A DNA stretch of 63,542 nucleotides, filler included, from Pelomyxa schiedti (lineage: Eukaryota; Protista; Evosea), in assembly GCA_020536535.1 (NCBI GenBank). It is 14 parts of 14 records of this genome, joined end to end, with 100 filler letters (N's around TTAATTAATTAA, not from the genome) between each part and the next. Parts side by side here need not be neighbours in the genome. Positions count along the whole stretch, not along the records: positions 56,240 to 60,867 come from JAHLWZ010001574.1; positions 60,968 to 61,997 come from JAHLWZ010002973.1; positions 62,098 to 63,542 come from JAHLWZ010002500.1; 11 more parts are not named here. One strand, 5' to 3'. Below, in pieces: positions 59,201-63,542 of the stretch; the stretch's first letter is position 1, and each line of letters starts with the position of its first letter. The translations under genes and the position numbers were made by a program. The notes beneath the pieces were generated by a model. The model ran no database searches. It saw nothing but the letters and a program-made list of their open reading frames with translations, and was not told where the DNA came from.

Positions 59201-59392
59201 CAATCAGTTCTCAACCAATCTCATCAGAACCCTGAGGGAGATTCCCCACCATCTTCACAGCTGACCATGCCTCCTGACACTCAACAACCACAGGTGCCAA
59301 CACATAAACGAAGGAGGAAACAACAACCCTCTCAAACAACCTACCAAACCAGATTCAGAGCCCACCAATCAAAGGGAGCATCAAAACATTGA
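56240..59392 (+). pseudogene. Hypothetical multi-exon gene interrupted by the TIR element
   Basis: The frame ending ..RLCLIYI at 57480 continues as IVTLCDLIHQSS.. (ORF to 59392) if the element is removed. Product unknown; Pro-rich C-terminus. Confidence 0.5.
57476..58791. mobile_element. Non-autonomous TIR DNA transposon (MITE-like), about 1.3 kb, TA or ATAT target duplication
   Basis: ATATCTCATAAACTTAAGAGACACAAGTTC (57476-57505) is the exact reverse complement of 58762-58791. Inner AAAATGGTCG/CGACCATTTT pairs sit 19 nt from each arm. Six CGTGTC/GACACG motifs lie in 58013-58247. No transposase ORF seen. Confidence 0.85.
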
Positions 59393-60967
59393 GATTCGGC
59401 TGTGTTTGTTGAACAGCATTAAGAAAAAGAAAATACACTCAAATACACGCGGTACTGAACAGCAGCACAAAGCATTCAGGACCACACCATCTCGCACGTG
59501 GGAGAGTGTCGGAAGTCCGATCGGACCAAATCGAAAAAAACAAAAAAAGGACCCAGGCTGTGCCTGATTATTTTGAGGTGGGAAGCACATTGGTGTGTTT
59601 TTTGGACGTTGGCGTGGTGCAAAGTCTGTGCACAGCCCGATCGCCGACTGTGCACACCGATTACCAGAAAAAAGCTCGTTTTTTCGCGCTGTGCACAGTT
59701 TTTTGGTTTGGGCAGTCCCACGGTGCGAATATGTACCGAATGTTACTCCCAGGAGAGGCTGTTCCCAACCCCACAATTACTTGTGGGGAAGTTCTTCTGA
59801 GGTCTCAGCTCGTTTCCAGGGGATTTCCACGTCTACGAACCAATCAAAAAAAGAACAACAACTAAAAAGAGCGCCGCGAGTAGCGACCATCAAGGGATCC
59901 GGAGGACGCGCTAGGAGGCGGCGGCGGTGACAAGGACCGGGAAAGAGAAAAAGATCGCCACTGAGAGAGGCATCGGCACAGGAACAAGTACCCCCAGGCC
60001 CATGAAAAGACCTGCAAGGCAAAGGTGAGGGAGAGGGACAGGTACAGGTACAGCCACAGGGGCACAGCGCGGTCCCCTTGGTCTGGTTTCCTGGCGCCAA
60101 GTTGCTGTTTCCGGCCCACTATGGCTGTTTGGCTCTGTGTCCGTGTGACTTGACATGTACCTTGCGAGGCACCCTGCTCCGAAACCGGCCCCCGGCCGTT
60201 GGCCTTTGCCGCAGCCCTGCGATCCCAAACCCTTGCACATCTTGGCTGCGCGGTTGAACTGAAAAAACCTTCTGTAACAAAAACCTGGTTTACTGTGTGT
60301 GTGAACCGAAGCCAAATAAAGGCCAAGAGTCATTGAGACATTGATGGAACGCCATCGATGTGGGCTTACATCACTTCAATGCAACGTTCGTTGCAACCTT
60401 TTTTGGGGTTTGACCAGGGGACCGGGCGCTTTGGTGATCAGAAGTATTTCCGAAATTACTTTGAGTTGTACTTATGGGTGCTCCCAAAAATTTCATGGGG
60501 AAGGTGGGGTCAAAAATACAAACCCGTGGCAACTGTAAGCTCCTGCCAACCTAGTCAGGCTTTTGCCCAAGAATCAGGCTTTTCAATTTTTAACATGATT
60601 ACCCTTTTTTCCCTCTCTTGGTGGGAGTTTGTGTTTTTTTGGACTTTGAGGGGTGATCAGTTGAGGTGTGTCGCCGCTTTTCCAAGGGTGGTTGTGTGTG
60701 GGCTGCTGGCTTTTCTTGTGGCTTTCCTGCTGTTTTATTCACTGTTATACCCTCTGGATTGTCTTCTGCCCTTTCCTGTTCACCATCTGATGGAGGAGTA
60801 CATGGTGAGGGCTCAAGGTGCAAGGCGGGTGAAGAGGTTTCCAGTGAAGGCACATGTGTGGATTGTTNNNNNNNNNNNNNNNNNNNNNNNNNNNNNNNNN
60901 NNNNNNNNNNNTTAATTAATTAANNNNNNNNNNNNNNNNNNNNNNNNNNNNNNNNNNNNNNNNNNNN

Positions 60968-61997
60968 TGGTCAAAAGAGCGCCGCTGGCCACTTATGCCA
61001 CAACTCGTCTCTCGCTCAGCACTTGTGGGACGTCGCCACGGCCTCTCGACGGCGATACGCGATGCTCTGCACTGTGCACCGGCCAGCCGCGGGAATCGAC
61101 AAGTGCACCCACATTACGTCGTTTGGGGTATCGGCTCTGACGCTCGGCGTTGTTGGTGACGTCACTTGCAACTACAGGCGCGAAAACCCCATGCTTGATG
61201 AGACATACTTCTTTGATGGGGACCGCAGCGCAGCCAAAAACGTGGTTACTGGTGAATTTACAAGTTTGGGTACAAGGAACTTCCTTGTTTGCCAGTGTGA
61301 TGTCAATGATAGGTGGTTGATGGCTAGTGGATCAAGCTCATCGTCACCCCTAGTTCTGACTATAGCAAAGGTGAGTGAGACACCAATGGGAATAGTCGTA
61401 GGAATACCTTGTTCATCTGAAGTTCTACCTCCTTGCTGGATTGGGTTCAACAGCTCAAATCCCGAGCAGGCTGTCACTGTCTACCTATCTGAAGCTAATG
61501 CCACCAACATGTCCTTCACAATTCAGGTCATCAGTATCCAGGCACTTTTGAGAAAGGAACTTGCAATCATGAGCTCCACAAAGTTCATAACTCCAAGGAA
61601 ATATCCCGAGTTACAGTCAGTTCTCTGTATGAGGAGGAAAACTGGTCACAATGTGTTCATTTTGGGATTTCGTGGGTATGTTATGATGGTGGAAGAGCCC
61701 ACTGGTGCCATAACTCCTTTGTTCTCTGCACAGGGGGAGCTGGCTTGTACATCAATATCACAACTAGACAGTAGAATCTTCCTGGTCTCATCCACGAGTG
61801 CCGGCATCAATAAGCCACTCCAAGTCTATATTGAGTTATGGGACTGCAACGATGCTGACAAACCGCTAAATGTGGCGCAACAGCAAGATGGAATTTACCA
61901 GTGGATTGCTGAGTCGGGTTTATTCTTCAAGCTTTACAAATGTGCGATTACTACACACAATTCCAGGCACAAAGAAGGCAGATTCAGAGCCACAATC
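60968..61997 (+). CDS. Beta-rich protein of the CGxxS/xTLGV superfamily, both ends truncated
   Basis: The frame from 60969 reads GQKSAAGHLCHNSSLAQHLWD, SALTLGVV, VNDRWL, IELWDCN and AESGLFF. Confidence 0.72.
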
Positions 61998-62097
61998 NNN
62001 NNNNNNNNNNNNNNNNNNNNNNNNNNNNNNNNNNNNNNNNNTTAATTAATTAANNNNNNNNNNNNNNNNNNNNNNNNNNNNNNNNNNNNNNNNNNNN

Positions 62098-62626
62098 TGG
62101 TAATGTAACGACGGTTGGAACGTGGCTGGAGGGTCTCTTCACTACCGCGGTTGATTCCTTAAAAGATGAGTCAGAGACAATGAGCAGGGCAGCAGGTTAA
62201 AAACCAGTTCAATGAGCCGGTGACGTATTAAACTAACTTGAAAAGTTAATGATCTGGCTCAACACCGATACGCGTTGAAAGCAATCAAGGACAATATCGA
62301 GGTATAATACAACCGCAATCCTGTTGTTAGTTAGCATTTGCGTAACCTACATAAAGAGGGTCCAACCAGAGCCAAGCCTTGCCTCCGGGAGCAGTCAGTC
62401 AACTCACACATCGTCATCTTACGCCAAAACAACAAGAAGGTCCCCCGATTCACCTTCCTCTTCCTCTTCCTCGTCCTCGTCGTCATCCAGCGAGTCAGAG
62501 TATGACAGTGATACAGAGCAAAGAAAGAGGCATGGACACTACCACCACAGGAAAGAGAAAACGCACGGGCACAAGCTCCACACCCCACCCCCAAAACGCG
62601 GCAGGCCAAGGAAGCACACCATCTGA
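62098..62626 (+). CDS. 3' part of a multi-exon gene ending in a Ser-rich acidic tract and an AT-hook-like motif
   Basis: The terminal frame reads SSSSSSSSESEYDSD..PPPKRGRPRKHTI*. Confidence 0.45.
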
Positions 62627-62809
62627 TATTTTGATTCCACCTGAGAGTACTGTAACAAAAAAAATCTACCTATTGACATTACATGTAAGAAAAAACCTCT
62701 CTATCGCCCATAAACCACTTGTATAGAGCACTAGTGCTGGACCAGTACCCAATCGGCCTTGGCACAAACTGATATCAGAAGCTTCCGGACCGGAAGGATT
62801 TTTAAAAAT

Positions 62810-63542
62810 ATGAACAGGCGTGTTGATCGCGCGGAAGCGGTTTGCCACGCGGTCGGGGTTTCGCGGGTCGTGTGGGAGTGCGTGGTGTCGGCGGGGTGGC
62901 TGGACGACCAGCCGTGGGAGGGCGTTCGAACGCAGCTGGAAGAGCGCGGGGTGTGCTCCTGGCCCACCACCTTGTTCAGCGTGGGCGAGGCCATGTTCCC
63001 GCTGGCGGGGCTCGTGTGCGGCCGGGTCATGCGCGCGTCGGACGCGCGGGGGTGCCGCGTGTCCCACCACGCCGCCATCGCGAGCGCCGCGTCGGTGCCC
63101 AGCCCCGCGTGCGTCGCGTGGATAGTGGCCAACACGCACAGGTTCAGGGAATCATTATGGGCCAGGCCGACCATCGCCGCCGCTGCCTGTTTTTCTCAGG
63201 GGCTTGGGGGTGCTCTGGCCCCTCCTGCTGTCGTGGGTTCTGTTTCTTGTGGTGGATCGCCGCTCGGTGGGTTGCGCGGCGGAGATTGTGGGAAAGGGGG
63301 AATTGTCCCCGGGGGGAATTGTGAATTGAGGGTGATCAAGGAAATAACATCAGTACTGCTTGGGCTGTGCGGAGGTGGCCATGTGGATTTAGCCCGGAAG
63401 ATGCTGGGTGATTATGAGGGCGAGGGAGCCAATAGTGGCACATTGCCTTCACTGTGGGATGGGAGGTGTGTTGTGGGGTGGGGACACGTATGCGGTGAGC
63501 TGGGAACCACGGGCATGTTAAGGAAAAAGGTGGTAGAGCATC
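62810..63542 (+). CDS. N-terminus of an ankyrin-like family gene (paralog of 16039-18232), open to the window end
   Basis: The frame from ATG 62810 has no stop and is missing from the ORF track. VSRVVWECVV, GEAMFPL, ACVAWIV and KEITSVLLGLCGGGHVDLARKML align with the 18232 gene. Confidence 0.8.
   Translation, partial: MNRRVDRAEAVCHAVGVSRVVWECVVSAGWLDDQPWEGVRTQLEERGVCSWPTTLFSVGEAMFPLAGLVCGRVMRASDARGCRVSHHAAIASAASVPSPACVAWIVANTHRFRESLWARPTIAAAACFSQGLGGALAPPAVVGSVSCGGSPLGGLRGGDCGKGGIVPGGNCELRVIKEITSVLLGLCGGGHVDLARKMLGDYEGEGANSGTLPSLWDGRCVVGWGHVCGELGTTGMLRKKVVEH

Noticed and set aside
59381-60867. Protein-coding genes among the short ORFs after 59392
   Set aside because: They are low-complexity, interrupted by stops and carry no recognisable motif, so I cannot support a call.

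Overview
This is not one continuous locus. It is 14 eukaryotic contigs joined by 13 artificial 100-bp spacers (N44-TTAATTAATTAA-N44), plus six 100-N scaffold gaps whose flanks are duplicated. Short GT-AG introns (about 45-120 nt) and the protein families present point to an amoebozoan protist. They resemble families I recall from Pelomyxa (Archamoebae), which is unverified. Recognisable genes: a Rap1 GTPase; a Roco (Roc-COR-kinase) gene with a degenerate kinase; two tandem B-box/coiled-coil/Sel1 paralogs, one with a visible N-terminal RING; a MORN-TM-kinase; ankyrin-like genes; the start of phosphomannose isomerase; and several Sel1-repeat genes. A TRIM-like RING-B-box-B-box-coiled-coil-filamin gene (53423-56134) overlaps a near-identical segment on another contig that carries FN3x3 and a SPRY-like domain. 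The 27-kb contig 26013-53322 is a birth-and-death array of one uncharacterised ~400-aa family (ARDQL..VPRCGARSP N-terminal motif, beta-rich body, VDAVTGTWLLRQP end). It holds about 8 largely open copies and about 9 copies broken by frameshift, inversion or serial microhomology deletions, and an embedded small Cys/His-rich HNH-like ORF. A 1.3-kb element with 30-bp perfect terminal inverted repeats interrupts a reading frame that precise excision would restore. No rRNA, tRNA or CRISPR array was found.
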